Assembly: GCA_040388195.1 (NCBI GenBank)
Contig: JAZKCF010000003.1
Location: 38,752 to 102,751 of the forward strand
Length of the DNA: 64,000 nt
Reading direction: 5' to 3'
DNA from: Pseudomonadota bacterium
Lineage (GTDB): Bacteria; Pseudomonadota; Gammaproteobacteria; Burkholderiales; DATLHW01
Shown: positions 54,021 through 63,416 of the stretch, piece after piece
Layout: every line of letters starts with the position of its first letter
Position numbering within the stretch: position 1 is the first letter of the stretch
Program-made: the position numbers and the translations under genes
Notes under the pieces: model-generated
The model's database searches: none
What the model saw: the letters and a program-made list of their open reading frames with translations, nothing else
Told to the model about the DNA's origin: nothing

Positions 54021-55730
54021 ATGCGCAGCCATATGAAAATTCGGGCACTATTAAACGTCAATTTTCTCATCCTTGGGATATTGGCTGCAGCAGCCGGCGC
54101 GTTGGGAGTTCATTTGATCGGGACTATAAACAGCTGGCTTCTAGGAACTATGATCATTGGCGGTATTTTCGGGGTGACGCTTATTCTCACGACAATCATT
54201 GCCCGGCGGATTATGCGGCCAATTGAAGAATTGCATCGTGTAGTTCTGATTATGCGTAAGGAAGGGGATTTATCTCTCCGTGCACCGGTATATCGCGAAG
54301 ACGAAATCGGTATGGTGTCGACGGCGTTCAACTCATTGATCGTCAGCTTCCAAGGCATCATGGGCCAAATAATTTACAACGCTACCGAGGTATCAAAAGC
54401 GGCGTCGTATTTAAATGCAGAGTCCAAGCAAGTTGCTAGTAGTAGTGAGAAGCAACGGGACGCCGCGATGGCCACTGCCAGCGCTGTAGAAGAACTCAGC
54501 GTAGGCATCAGCCAGGTGGCGAGCGGTACTGCGGAAACAGCTGCCATCGCCAGCACGGCTAATGAGTTGTCAACGCAAGGAACGAAGGTTGCACAAGAAG
54601 CATCGGCGGAAATCACTCGCATTGCGGAAGCGGTAACGGAATCAGCTCGAGTTGTTTCAGCTTTGTCCGAACGGTCAAAGGCAGTAACCAGCATCGTTAA
54701 CTTCATTACCGGCATTGCCGATCAAACCAATTTGCTTGCTTTGAATGCTGCTATTGAAGCTGCTCGCGCAGGAGAACAAGGCCGCGGATTCGCCGTGGTA
54801 GCTGATGAAATTCGCAAGCTTGCAGAAAGAACGAGCACCGCGACATCGGAAATTTCCGAAATGATCACGGCAATTCAAAATGAAACTCATAGCGCGCTGT
54901 CCAGTATTGATGCCGGTAGCTCGAAAGCGCAGCATGGCGCTTCACTTGCTCGTAGAGCGGCTGAGTCTCTGGAGCAGATCAATCGCGGCGCTAGAGATAC
55001 GATGGAGAAGATTAGCAACATAGCTTCGGCGACCAACGAACAAAGTGCCGCTAGCGAGGAAATTAGCCGGCAACTCGAACGTATTACTCATATGACGGAA
55101 GCTAATAACGAATCAGCAGTCAGGGCACTAAGCGCCGCGAATCGCGTTGAAAATATGGCTGGTAACTTGAAAGAAGTCGGCAGGGTATTTCGCATAGGCG
55201 AGGCTGCCGAGAGTGCGTTCGCGCTTCACGCCAAAATGCCGACTATCGTGCAGAAAGCTGCCGCTGATGTGGCCCGGGTACTGGAAACTGCGGTTAAGTC
55301 CGGCAGAATTTCTCTGCAGGATTTATTCGATCGGGACTACAAACCAATACCAAATACCAATCCCCAAAAACATAAGACACGATTTGACGATTTAACCGAT
55401 CAATTGCTTCCGTCGCTACAGGAGCCGTTGCTAGATCAAAATGTGGCCATTGTTTATGCCGGCGCAGTGGACGACCACGGATATTTTCCGACGCATAACA
55501 AACGTTTTTCCCAGCCGTTGACGGGAGATCCGAAGATCGATATTGCAAATAATAGAACGAAGCGGATTTTTGAGGATGTTGTTGGTAAACGTTGCGGCAG
55601 TCATGAAAACCCTTATTTGTTGCAGACGTACAGGCGGGATACCGGGGAAATCATGCACGATATATCCGCGCCTATTTACGTGAACGGACGGCATTGGGGT
55701 GGCTTCCGAATTGGTTATCGTACCGAATAA
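54021..55730 (+). CDS. Methyl-accepting chemotaxis protein, paralog with the same C-terminal extra domain
   Basis: Two N-terminal TM helices, a HAMP, and the MA hairpin ([41 protein letters not shown]). The C-terminal domain ends ...[32 protein letters not shown]. Confidence 0.9.
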   Translation: MRSHMKIRALLNVNFLILGILAAAAGALGVHLIGTINSWLLGTMIIGGIFGVTLILTTIIARRIMRPIEELHRVVLIMRKEGDLSLRAPVYREDEIGMVSTAFNSLIVSFQGIMGQIIYNATEVSKAASYLNAESKQVASSSEKQRDAAMATASAVEELSVGISQVASGTAETAAIASTANELSTQGTKVAQEASAEITRIAEAVTESARVVSALSERSKAVTSIVNFITGIADQTNLLALNAAIEAARAGEQGRGFAVVADEIRKLAERTSTATSEISEMITAIQNETHSALSSIDAGSSKAQHGASLARRAAESLEQINRGARDTMEKISNIASATNEQSAASEEISRQLERITHMTEANNESAVRALSAANRVENMAGNLKEVGRVFRIGEAAESAFALHAKMPTIVQKAAADVARVLETAVKSGRISLQDLFDRDYKPIPNTNPQKHKTRFDDLTDQLLPSLQEPLLDQNVAIVYAGAVDDHGYFPTHNKRFSQPLTGDPKIDIANNRTKRIFEDVVGKRCGSHENPYLLQTYRRDTGEIMHDISAPIYVNGRHWGGFRIGYRTE

Positions 55731-55774
55731 GAAGTACTTAATAATTGTCTCAATTTTGAAAAACGGATCCGACC

Positions 55775-56716
55775 ATGTCTGAATTATTACAAAATATTGA
55801 TGGGCGCACGAAACTAGCGGGAACTAATAAGCTTGAAGTATTGCTTTTCACGTTAGGTATCGATCAGCGCACGGGGCGGCGAGAGACCTTTGGCATTAAT
55901 GTATTCAAAGTCCGAGAGGTGATGCGTACGCCTGACATCACTTGTGCACCGGAAATGCCGGCGTCTGTTGAAGGTATGGTCAGTTTGCGGGGACTATTAG
56001 TACCCGTGGTGGATTTGGGTAAGTATGCTGGAATCAATGCGGCTAAAAAGCCGGAAATCATGATCGTGACGGAATATAACCGTCACACCCAGGGATTTTT
56101 GGTAGAAGCAGTTGATACGATTCTCAGGCTGGACTGGTCAACCGTTAAAGTGCCGCCGGGCATGCTTACCGCTCAGACAAGTGGACTGGTAACAGCGGTA
56201 ACCGAATTAGCGGACAAGCGATTGGTAATGATGATGGACGTGGAGAAAGTGCTCTCTGAAACGAGTGGCTACGACGAGGATGACTCAGTCTTTAGTTCCA
56301 TGAAGCCGGTGACTGAGGGGCAGACGATATTTTTCGCCGACGATTCTTTAGTTGCTCGCAAACAAATTGCACGTACCTTAGACAGCATGCGTTTAAAACA
56401 TATCAGCACCGTGAATGGCCGCGAAGCATGGGTCGAGTTGCAGCGTCTTGCGGAAAATGCTGAAGCTGGCGGCAGAAAGTTATCTGAGTCTATCCAGCTT
56501 GTGCTTACCGATGTGGAAATGCCGGAAATGGATGGTTATATGTTGACTCGCCACATCAAGAGTGATGCTCGTTTTGCGGGTATACCGGTAGTCATGCATT
56601 CTTCTCTATCGGGTATGTCCAATCAGCAGCTAGGGAAATCGGTTGGTGTGGACGAATACGTCGCCAAGTTTGAACCCAAGATACTGTCAGAGACGCTACG
56701 CCGGTTGATAAAGTAG
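55775..56716 (+). CDS. cheV: CheV (CheW-like domain fused to a receiver domain)
   Basis: The CheW part is LEVLLFTLG...FGINVFKVREVM. The REC part is IFFADDSLVARKQI...LVLTDVEMPEMDGYMLTRHIK. Confidence 0.9.
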   Translation: MSELLQNIDGRTKLAGTNKLEVLLFTLGIDQRTGRRETFGINVFKVREVMRTPDITCAPEMPASVEGMVSLRGLLVPVVDLGKYAGINAAKKPEIMIVTEYNRHTQGFLVEAVDTILRLDWSTVKVPPGMLTAQTSGLVTAVTELADKRLVMMMDVEKVLSETSGYDEDDSVFSSMKPVTEGQTIFFADDSLVARKQIARTLDSMRLKHISTVNGREAWVELQRLAENAEAGGRKLSESIQLVLTDVEMPEMDGYMLTRHIKSDARFAGIPVVMHSSLSGMSNQQLGKSVGVDEYVAKFEPKILSETLRRLIK

Positions 56717-56828
56717 CTTATAAAAAATCTAAATAGCATCTAGATAAACGCAGATTGGCAGGATTGATAATCTCTTATTCGATTTATCCTGCGAAGCCGC
56801 GCTTATCTATCTATATGCCATTTATTTT

Positions 56829-57380
56829 TCAGTCGTTGCATAGTTGATCAAGTAGTTTCTTTTTCGGGCCTGTTTTTCCGGCACGAGAAGGGACATTGCA
56901 TAGACCGCAGAGGAAGTGCTCGTATAAATCTTGACTGTGTACGACAAAATGGCCGCTGCATTTTTTGCAATCCGTCGTGCGCAAGACTCCACCGTCAAAA
57001 TAACGAATAAGAATCCAGGCCCGAGTAAGGCTGAGTACCTGTTCCAGCTTGAAGGCATGGATATGTTCTAGATACAAACGATAAGCCCGTACGAGGACTT
57101 CAATACGGTCATGTTCGCTTTGTTTGCTCAGATAACGGTAAATGCCAATAAATAACGAGGCATGTATATTCGGTTGCCATGTTAGAAACCAGTCAGTTGA
57201 GAACGGCAACATGCCCTTGGGAGGTGATTTGCCTTGTACTTCTTTGTAAAGGCGTAGCAACCGTTCCCGGCTCAAATTGGTCTCTGACTCCAGCACTTGC
57301 AAGCGTGCACCAAGCTTGATCAAGTGCGTGGAAAGTTCAATCTGTCTAGCGTCGCCGGTTACCGTACGGCCGCGGATCAT
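56829..57380 (-). CDS. flhC: Flagellar master regulator subunit FlhC
   Basis: IKLGARLQVLESETNLSRERLLRLYKEVQGKSPPKGMLPFSTDWF, plus the C-terminal zinc site CKKCSGHF...CGLC. The ATGA overlaps flhD. Confidence 0.9.
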   Translation of the reverse strand: MIRGRTVTGDARQIELSTHLIKLGARLQVLESETNLSRERLLRLYKEVQGKSPPKGMLPFSTDWFLTWQPNIHASLFIGIYRYLSKQSEHDRIEVLVRAYRLYLEHIHAFKLEQVLSLTRAWILIRYFDGGVLRTTDCKKCSGHFVVHSQDLYEHFLCGLCNVPSRAGKTGPKKKLLDQLCND

Positions 57381-57691
57381 AAGGTTTCCTCTGCACGGCT
57401 GCCCATAAGAATCGCTGCGTGAACGTTACCTAGCCCGTGTTCTTTAGTGTGGCTAGTAATCAAATCCCAAATGACTTGATCGTCAAATCGAAAACGACAC
57501 AAGAGAAGGTTGGATGTCGCTATTTTAAGAAGTTGGCCGGTGGACAATGCAGCCACCATATCGGCTATTTCTGAACTGATGCCTAGACGGTAAATAGCTT
57601 CTGCCTTGTCTTCGCGAATCATTTCTTTTGCTAGCATTAGATATGCCAAATTTAGTTCGCGGATCTCATCAAGCAATTTTTCGAGTTTCAT
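57377..57691 (-). CDS. flhD: Flagellar master regulator subunit FlhD
   Basis: LLDEIRELNLAYLMLAKEMIREDKAEAIYRLGISSEIADMVAALSTGQLLKIATSNLLLCRFRFDD is collinear with enterobacterial FlhD. Confidence 0.9.
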   Translation of the reverse strand: MKLEKLLDEIRELNLAYLMLAKEMIREDKAEAIYRLGISSEIADMVAALSTGQLLKIATSNLLLCRFRFDDQVIWDLITSHTKEHGLGNVHAAILMGSRAEETL

Positions 57692-58299
57692 ATCGCTCCC
57701 TCCTCATTAGCTCGTAATTTACCGCCGTACTCTTTAAGGCGGTAAATCCGAAAATGCCGCGTTTGGTGCGGCCCGCACTCCCTCGCCTCTGGTCCTGATT
57801 TGCTAAAAATTAAAGAACACAGATGCGACTCTCCTGGCTATCTCTGTTGCAAGGTCAGTGCCAGAATTGAGAAGTACGGCATATTTTTTTTAAAGAGCTG
57901 AAGTAAAAGAAAAATAATTTTATTTTGCTTTTGTGTTTAAGAGAGAGGATTTGCAAAGCTGCGAAAATTGGAACTTGGTAGATTGCAATAATGCAAGATT
58001 TATGGCTCTTTTCTGGCTTTTGAAATTGTGGTTAAACCCAATTAAGGTTTTTAATAAGTTCTTGGAAAATTTCTTGCTTGTGATTCTGTTCAGAGCCTAA
58101 GCGCAAAATTCTCTACCTCCCTCTTTATATATATTGTGGTTTCTACGCTTTCTTCATCTTGATTATTGCTCGCTACACCTTGTTAGATAAATTTATACTT
58201 AAATTTTTTAACAACTGTCGTCTGATTAAGCAGCAGGGCATCCTTACAAGAAGGGGCATCTCGAAACTGTTTTAAGAGCGCAAATCCTCATAATAAATC

Positions 58300-58326
58300 T
58301 AAAGACCTCGCTAGAAATTCCGATAG
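58300..58326 (+). promoter_or_regulatory. Candidate sigma-28 (FliA) promoter, TAAA-N15-tCCGATAg
   Basis: TAAAgacctcgctagaaatTCCGATAG matches 6 of 8 positions in the -10 element at the correct 15-nt spacing. It lies ~200 nt upstream of the cheY-like gene. Confidence 0.3.
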
Positions 58327-58528
58327 TTTTGTAGCATATGCAGCATCAAAGTGGTACATTCCAATCATATTTATGTGGATAGCTTTGTTCGTGAATTAGA
58401 ACAGCAGCATAGAGCTGTAATGTAAGCATATTTGTTAAGTAGATCTTAGGGGGCGCGTTACAACAGTTCGAGACTCTTAAGTCTGCTTTTTTTGCCAAAC
58501 TTAATTCTTTTGAAGACTAAAGAAACAT

Positions 58529-58897
58529 ATGGCATTACCTGTCCTTGTTGTTGATGATTCGCCAATGGCGCGGAAGATGTTAATTAAGGCCCTGCCGCCA
58601 GGTTGGGATATTGAAATATCTCAAGCAGGAAACGGCATCGAAGCCCTCGAGCAATACCGAGCGGGCAAGGCCGCCGTGATGTTTCTTGATCTAACCATGC
58701 CGGATATGGATGGTTACGAAGTCCTGGCCCAGTTACGGAAGGAAGACCTTAATACCTTCGTGATTGTGGTTTCTGCCGATATTCAGCCTGAGGCGCAGGA
58801 ACGAGTGCGGAAATTAGGAGCGATTGCATTCGTGAAAAAGCCGGTTAGCGCTGACAAGCTCGTGCCCATTCTCAAGGAGTTCGGCATATATGAGTAA
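58529..58897 (+). CDS. Single-domain CheY-like response regulator
   Basis: VLVVDDSPMARKML..., MFLDLTMPDMDGYEVL and AFVKKP, giving the Asp pocket, the phospho-acceptor Asp in LDLTMP, and the conserved Lys. Confidence 0.85.
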   Translation: MALPVLVVDDSPMARKMLIKALPPGWDIEISQAGNGIEALEQYRAGKAAVMFLDLTMPDMDGYEVLAQLRKEDLNTFVIVVSADIQPEAQERVRKLGAIAFVKKPVSADKLVPILKEFGIYE

Positions 58898-59513
58898 TCT
58901 GCAACTCACGGACGATCAGCGCGAAGCGTTGCAGGAGGTAACTAATATAGGCATGGGGCAAGCGGGCGCGGCGCTCGCGGCCTTACTCGATACTTTTGTT
59001 ACGCTCTCAGTTCCGCGCATTCAACTGGTTCAAGTTGCCGAATTAGGTAAGTCGCTGCGTGCAATGGTTCGCGACGCTCAGGATGTGACTGCCGTTCGAC
59101 AGTCCTTTCAATCCGATATTAGCGGCGAAGCGATCGTTATATACGGGCCGGAAGGTTGCAAAGAATTATGGGATTTGATGGGGTACGAACCGTCAGACGA
59201 GCCGCCAGGTACATCAACCGAGCGTGAATTACTATTTGACGTTGCCAATGTGCTAGTCGGTGCCTGCGTGTGTAGTGTGTTTGAGTTGCTCGGGCGAAGC
59301 TTAAGTTTTTCCCGTCCGACTTTAATCGGCGAAAAGGTTCCGCTCGATTATTTACTACAGCAGGAAACGTTGCCGTGGGGTATGGCACTCCTCGTGGAAG
59401 TCAATTTTTCGTTGGAAAATCGCCAATTCACTGCTCACTTAGTAACGTTAATGGCTGAGGATTCTATTGAGCAAATGAAGGCGGCTCTTGATCACTTCGT
59501 GGCGAATTTGTGA
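58890..59513 (+). CDS. CheC/CheX-family protein (putative CheY-P phosphatase-like)
   Basis: The N-terminal LTDDQREALQEVTNIGMGQAGAALAALL (E-x2-N motif) and a second, degenerate repeat ERELLFDVANVLVG (D-x2-N). It overlaps both neighbouring genes. Confidence 0.7.
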   Translation: MSNLQLTDDQREALQEVTNIGMGQAGAALAALLDTFVTLSVPRIQLVQVAELGKSLRAMVRDAQDVTAVRQSFQSDISGEAIVIYGPEGCKELWDLMGYEPSDEPPGTSTERELLFDVANVLVGACVCSVFELLGRSLSFSRPTLIGEKVPLDYLLQQETLPWGMALLVEVNFSLENRQFTAHLVTLMAEDSIEQMKAALDHFVANL

Positions 59514-60481
59514 GCACACAGGTAGAAAACCGATTTTCTGAGTTTATTGTTGATCGCGTCGGTTTCGGTATATTTGCCGTTACACGCGATATGCAGCTTG
59601 TACTGTGGAATCGTTTCATGCAGCAGCACAGTGGAAAAAAAGCTGAAGAAATAATCGGTAAAAATTTATTCGATTGTTTTCCCGAACTTCCCCGCAAGTG
59701 GCTGCAGAAGAAATTTGAAGGCGTTTTTCTTCTTAAAAATTTCTCTTTTATATCTTGGGAGCAGCGTCCTTACCTGTTCCAATTCAAACATGATCGGCCA
59801 GTAACCGGCGGCGTCGACTGGATGCAGCAGAACTGTACCTTCATGCCAATGATCAATGCGGCTAACGAAGTTGAAATGGTTTGCGTGACCATAGCCGATG
59901 TCACCGATATAAGCATCATCCAACGGCAACTGCAAAGTGCGTTAGTGGCGTTAGGGGAGAGTGCTAATCGAGATGGCTTGACCGGCATCTATAACCGTCG
60001 CCATTTGGAAGAGCGGCTAGCACAAGAGTTTTCCCGCTGTAAGCGTTACGGAGGTGGATTTTCTCTGTTGATGTTTGACCTCGATCACTTTAAGCGGGTG
60101 AACGATCAATATGGACATCTCGGAGGAGATGCTGTGCTGCGCGCAGCCGCTGCTCGAGTCACTAATGTTATACGTACTGCGGATATATTTGGCCGCTATG
60201 GCGGCGAAGAATTTGCGTTGATTTTACCGGAAACCGATCTTGCGGCTGCGACGATTGTGGGCGAGAAGGTTCGCAAAGCCATTGGCGAAACGCCTATAGA
60301 ATTTGACGGGCAAAAATTAACCGCGACCACTAGTGTGGGAATTACAACAATGCGGAGCGATTTGCCTGCCTATGAAGCGCTTATTCATGAAGCAGACACC
60401 GCCTTATATCGTGCAAAGGGCCTTGGCCGCAATTGTGTTGTTGTTGCTGGCTCCGATATAGAGCCTCTTAAAATTTCTTAA
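59510..60481 (+). CDS. PAS-GGDEF diguanylate cyclase
   Basis: A PAS-like N-terminus (GIFAVTRDMQLVLWNRFMQQHSG). A GGDEF domain with RYGGEEFALIL and an RxxD-like I-site context (SANRDGLTGIYNRRHL...). Confidence 0.85.
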   Translation: MSTQVENRFSEFIVDRVGFGIFAVTRDMQLVLWNRFMQQHSGKKAEEIIGKNLFDCFPELPRKWLQKKFEGVFLLKNFSFISWEQRPYLFQFKHDRPVTGGVDWMQQNCTFMPMINAANEVEMVCVTIADVTDISIIQRQLQSALVALGESANRDGLTGIYNRRHLEERLAQEFSRCKRYGGGFSLLMFDLDHFKRVNDQYGHLGGDAVLRAAAARVTNVIRTADIFGRYGGEEFALILPETDLAAATIVGEKVRKAIGETPIEFDGQKLTATTSVGITTMRSDLPAYEALIHEADTALYRAKGLGRNCVVVAGSDIEPLKIS

Positions 60482-60537
60482 AAATCCCGTTTCACTTACC
60501 GCAGCTCCCACTGAAACATTCTCTGCCTGCAGTTCTC

Positions 60538-61341
60538 ATGTCGACGCCTCGTCAACAACTTATTCTGCAATTAGCCGCCGCAATAACGGTATTTTCTTTC
60601 GCTTGGCCTTACTACAGCATCGTCGATCGTGCCGTTGATTGGAGAATTCTAGCGCTAGCTATTGGCGCTACTAGCTTAGCGGTCGCGTCGGCCGCACGTC
60701 AGCCATGGTGGTGGTTGCTTATCCATGCCACCTTCGCGCCCGCGGCATGGCTTCTGTCTCTATGGCAGATTAACCCTAAGTGGTTTCTATTCGCCCTTAT
60801 CCTCATGCTTCTCATTTTTAGAGGGACGCTTACCCGGCAGGCGCCTTTATATTTAACCAATCGCACCACCGCTAGAGCATTGGCAGAATTGATCCCGGAA
60901 AATATTTCAGGTTATCGAGTGGCAGACGTTGGCGCCGGGCTAGGAAGCTTTTTACACCCGCTTGCTAGATTGCGGCCTAACGCTATATTTACTGGTTTGG
61001 AGAATTCTCCACTCACGTGGTTTCTAGGCCGCTGCAGATTGGCGTTTGTTACCAATTGTGTTCTGCGTTGGAAGGATCTTTGGACGGAAGATTTGTCTCG
61101 TTACGATTTGGTGTATGCCTTTCTTTCCCCAGTCATGATGGATTCCTTAGGGCATAAAATTGCTGCTGAGCTAGGTCGAAACGCGGTGTTTGTGTCCAAT
61201 TCTTTTCCTGTGCCCGATGCGACGCCATGGCAGATAATCGATGTGGAAGATCGGCGGCGCACCCGGTTATATTGCTATCGTCAGCAAGATTTGCAAACTT
61301 GGTCTGAGAACCCCAGCCTGTTCGCATCAAATCCGCTCTAA
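60538..61341 (+). CDS. Membrane-anchored class I SAM-dependent methyltransferase-like protein
   Basis: Three N-terminal TM helices, then VADVGAGLGSFLHPLA (motif I), GLENSP and LVYAFLSP. Confidence 0.55.
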   Translation: MSTPRQQLILQLAAAITVFSFAWPYYSIVDRAVDWRILALAIGATSLAVASAARQPWWWLLIHATFAPAAWLLSLWQINPKWFLFALILMLLIFRGTLTRQAPLYLTNRTTARALAELIPENISGYRVADVGAGLGSFLHPLARLRPNAIFTGLENSPLTWFLGRCRLAFVTNCVLRWKDLWTEDLSRYDLVYAFLSPVMMDSLGHKIAAELGRNAVFVSNSFPVPDATPWQIIDVEDRRRTRLYCYRQQDLQTWSENPSLFASNPL

Positions 61342-61498
61342 CCGTCAAACAAGCGGATAAATCCTGTCTTGATCCACGGTTCATCTATTCCCCTCCTTGG
61401 TAATCTTTTAACGTCGGTTTAGATCCCTGCCGAGATCTATTTATTGATGTGTCCTTAGGGCAAATCGATAGAGCAGGCCAAGTATTCGGCGTTCTTTG

Positions 61499-61525
61499 TA
61501 AAGTAATTTTATTTTGAGCCGACAT
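61499..61525 (+). promoter_or_regulatory. Candidate sigma-28 (FliA) promoter upstream of motA, TAAA-N15-GCCGAcAt
   Basis: TAAAgtaattttattttgaGCCGACAT has exact 15-nt spacing and lies 64 nt upstream of the motA ATG. Confidence 0.45.
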
Positions 61526-61588
61526 TTTGAAGATGTGAATGACTTGGGTGCTTAATAAACCACTAAGGACTTAAAGGAAGAAGAAAGC

Positions 61589-62449
61589 ATGCTCTTCGTT
61601 ATCGGAATGATAATAGTATGTGGTTCAGTGTTCGGTGGATATGCTTTATCAGGAGCACATTTAGGCGCACTGTTTCAACCGCTGGAATTACTTATGATTG
61701 GAGGAGGGGCGGCTGGCGCATTTGTCATCAGCAATACGATGAAGGTAGTGAAAGCTACCCTTCAAGCGATACCAAGCATATTCAAAGGCGGGAAATATAA
61801 CCGAGCGATGTATATGGAATTGATGGCGCTGCTTTACGAATTGCTCGGCAAGATTCGCAAGGAAGGTCTTATGTCGATTGAAAAGGATGTCGACACGCCT
61901 AATGACAGTCCGGTGTTCGGCAAGTATCCCAAAATTCTTAGCGACCACCATCTAGTCGAATTTATCACTGACTATCTGCGCATCATGGTGAGCGGCAATT
62001 TGAACGCCTTCGAAATCGAGAATTTGATGGACCACGAAATAGAAACCCATCATTACGAAGCGGAAATCCCGGGCCACGCGATTGCGCGTTTGGGTGATGG
62101 ATTGCCGGCCTTCGGTATTGTTGCCGCGGTAATGGGCGTGGTGCATACCATGGAATCGGTGGGAGTGCCGCCGGCTGAGCTTGGGCAAATGATCGCGCAT
62201 GCACTGGTAGGAACATTTTTAGGAATTTTGCTCGCTTACGGTTTTGTCGGGCCGGTTGCCACTCTACTAGAGCAGCGAGCCACGGAAGAGACGAAAATGT
62301 TTCAGACGGTCAAGGTTACTTTACTAGCGAGCTTGAATGGGTATGCGCCAGCGCTTTCAGTCGAGTTCGGACGAAAGGTATTGTATTCGACCGAACGGCC
62401 CACTTTCAGCGAGTTGGAAGAGCACGTCAAACAAAGCCGCACAAAATAA
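61589..62449 (+). CDS. motA: Flagellar motor stator protein MotA
   Basis: GGAAGAFVISN..., IARLGDGLPAFGIVAAVMGVVHTM and ALVGTFLGILLAYGFVGP are collinear with MotA. Confidence 0.9.
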   Translation: MLFVIGMIIVCGSVFGGYALSGAHLGALFQPLELLMIGGGAAGAFVISNTMKVVKATLQAIPSIFKGGKYNRAMYMELMALLYELLGKIRKEGLMSIEKDVDTPNDSPVFGKYPKILSDHHLVEFITDYLRIMVSGNLNAFEIENLMDHEIETHHYEAEIPGHAIARLGDGLPAFGIVAAVMGVVHTMESVGVPPAELGQMIAHALVGTFLGILLAYGFVGPVATLLEQRATEETKMFQTVKVTLLASLNGYAPALSVEFGRKVLYSTERPTFSELEEHVKQSRTK

Positions 62450-62461
62450 GCAAAGAAATAT

Positions 62462-63394
62462 ATGGCCGAAAACGAAAAACAGCCGATACACATTAAACGC
62501 ATCAAGCGCGTAAAGGGTGGTCATCACGGCGGCGCGTGGAAAATTGCTTATGCCGACTTTGTGACGGCGATGATGGCATTTTTTCTATTAATGTGGTTAC
62601 TTGGTTCTACGGCTAAAGGTGATTTAGCTGGGATCTCGGATTATTTCAAAACGCCGCTTAAAGTAGCGCTCCAAGGAGGTTCGGGAAGTGGCGACAGTTC
62701 GAGTGTTATCAAAGGTGGCGGACAGGCGCTGACCCGATCTGAAGGGCAGGTATTAAAGGGTGAGCGAGCCGGTGCCCGCAAGGTGATCGATATCAAGGCG
62801 GCTGAGGCGGAACGGGCCAGGCGCGAAATAGAAGGCCTTAAAGCTTTGAAGGAAAAGGTCGAGAAGCTTATTGAAGAGACACCGAACTTGAAACTCTTTA
62901 ATAAGCAATTGTTGTTGGATATTACGAGTGAAGGATTGCGGATTCAAATTGTCGATGAGCAGAACCGGGCGATGTTTGATATTGGCAGTGCCCGATTGAA
63001 AGATTACGCACGGGAAATTCTGCACGAGCTGGCGCCGGCGTTGAATAGCGTGGACAACAAGATTGGTTTGTCCGGGCATACTGACTCAGTGGCGTATGCG
63101 TCGGGAGATAAAGGTTACAGCAATTGGGAGTTATCGGCCGATCGTGCGAATGCATCGCGGCGGGAACTTGTGATGGGGGGATTAGAAGAAAGAAAACTGT
63201 TGCGTGTAGTCGGGCTTGCATCCGCGGTAATGCTGGATAAGGATGATCCATCAAACGCGATAAACCGGCGCATTAGCATCGTAGTGATGAACAAGGCAAC
63301 GGAAGAGAGAATTGTGAGAGATGGGGGAGGGCTTGAGAAGTTGAATGCATCGCAAGTGACGACAGATGCAATAACAAACGGTGTGAAAAAATAA
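62462..63394 (+). CDS. motB: Flagellar motor stator protein MotB (OmpA-like peptidoglycan-binding C-terminus)
   Basis: WKIAYADFVTAMMAFFLLMWLL (the plug/TM region with the conserved Asp), and GHTDS...NWELSADRANASRREL (OmpA-like). Confidence 0.9.
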   Translation: MAENEKQPIHIKRIKRVKGGHHGGAWKIAYADFVTAMMAFFLLMWLLGSTAKGDLAGISDYFKTPLKVALQGGSGSGDSSSVIKGGGQALTRSEGQVLKGERAGARKVIDIKAAEAERARREIEGLKALKEKVEKLIEETPNLKLFNKQLLLDITSEGLRIQIVDEQNRAMFDIGSARLKDYAREILHELAPALNSVDNKIGLSGHTDSVAYASGDKGYSNWELSADRANASRRELVMGGLEERKLLRVVGLASAVMLDKDDPSNAINRRISIVVMNKATEERIVRDGGGLEKLNASQVTTDAITNGVKK

Positions 63395-63416
63395 TGAAGA
63401 TACAAGGGAGATTGCA

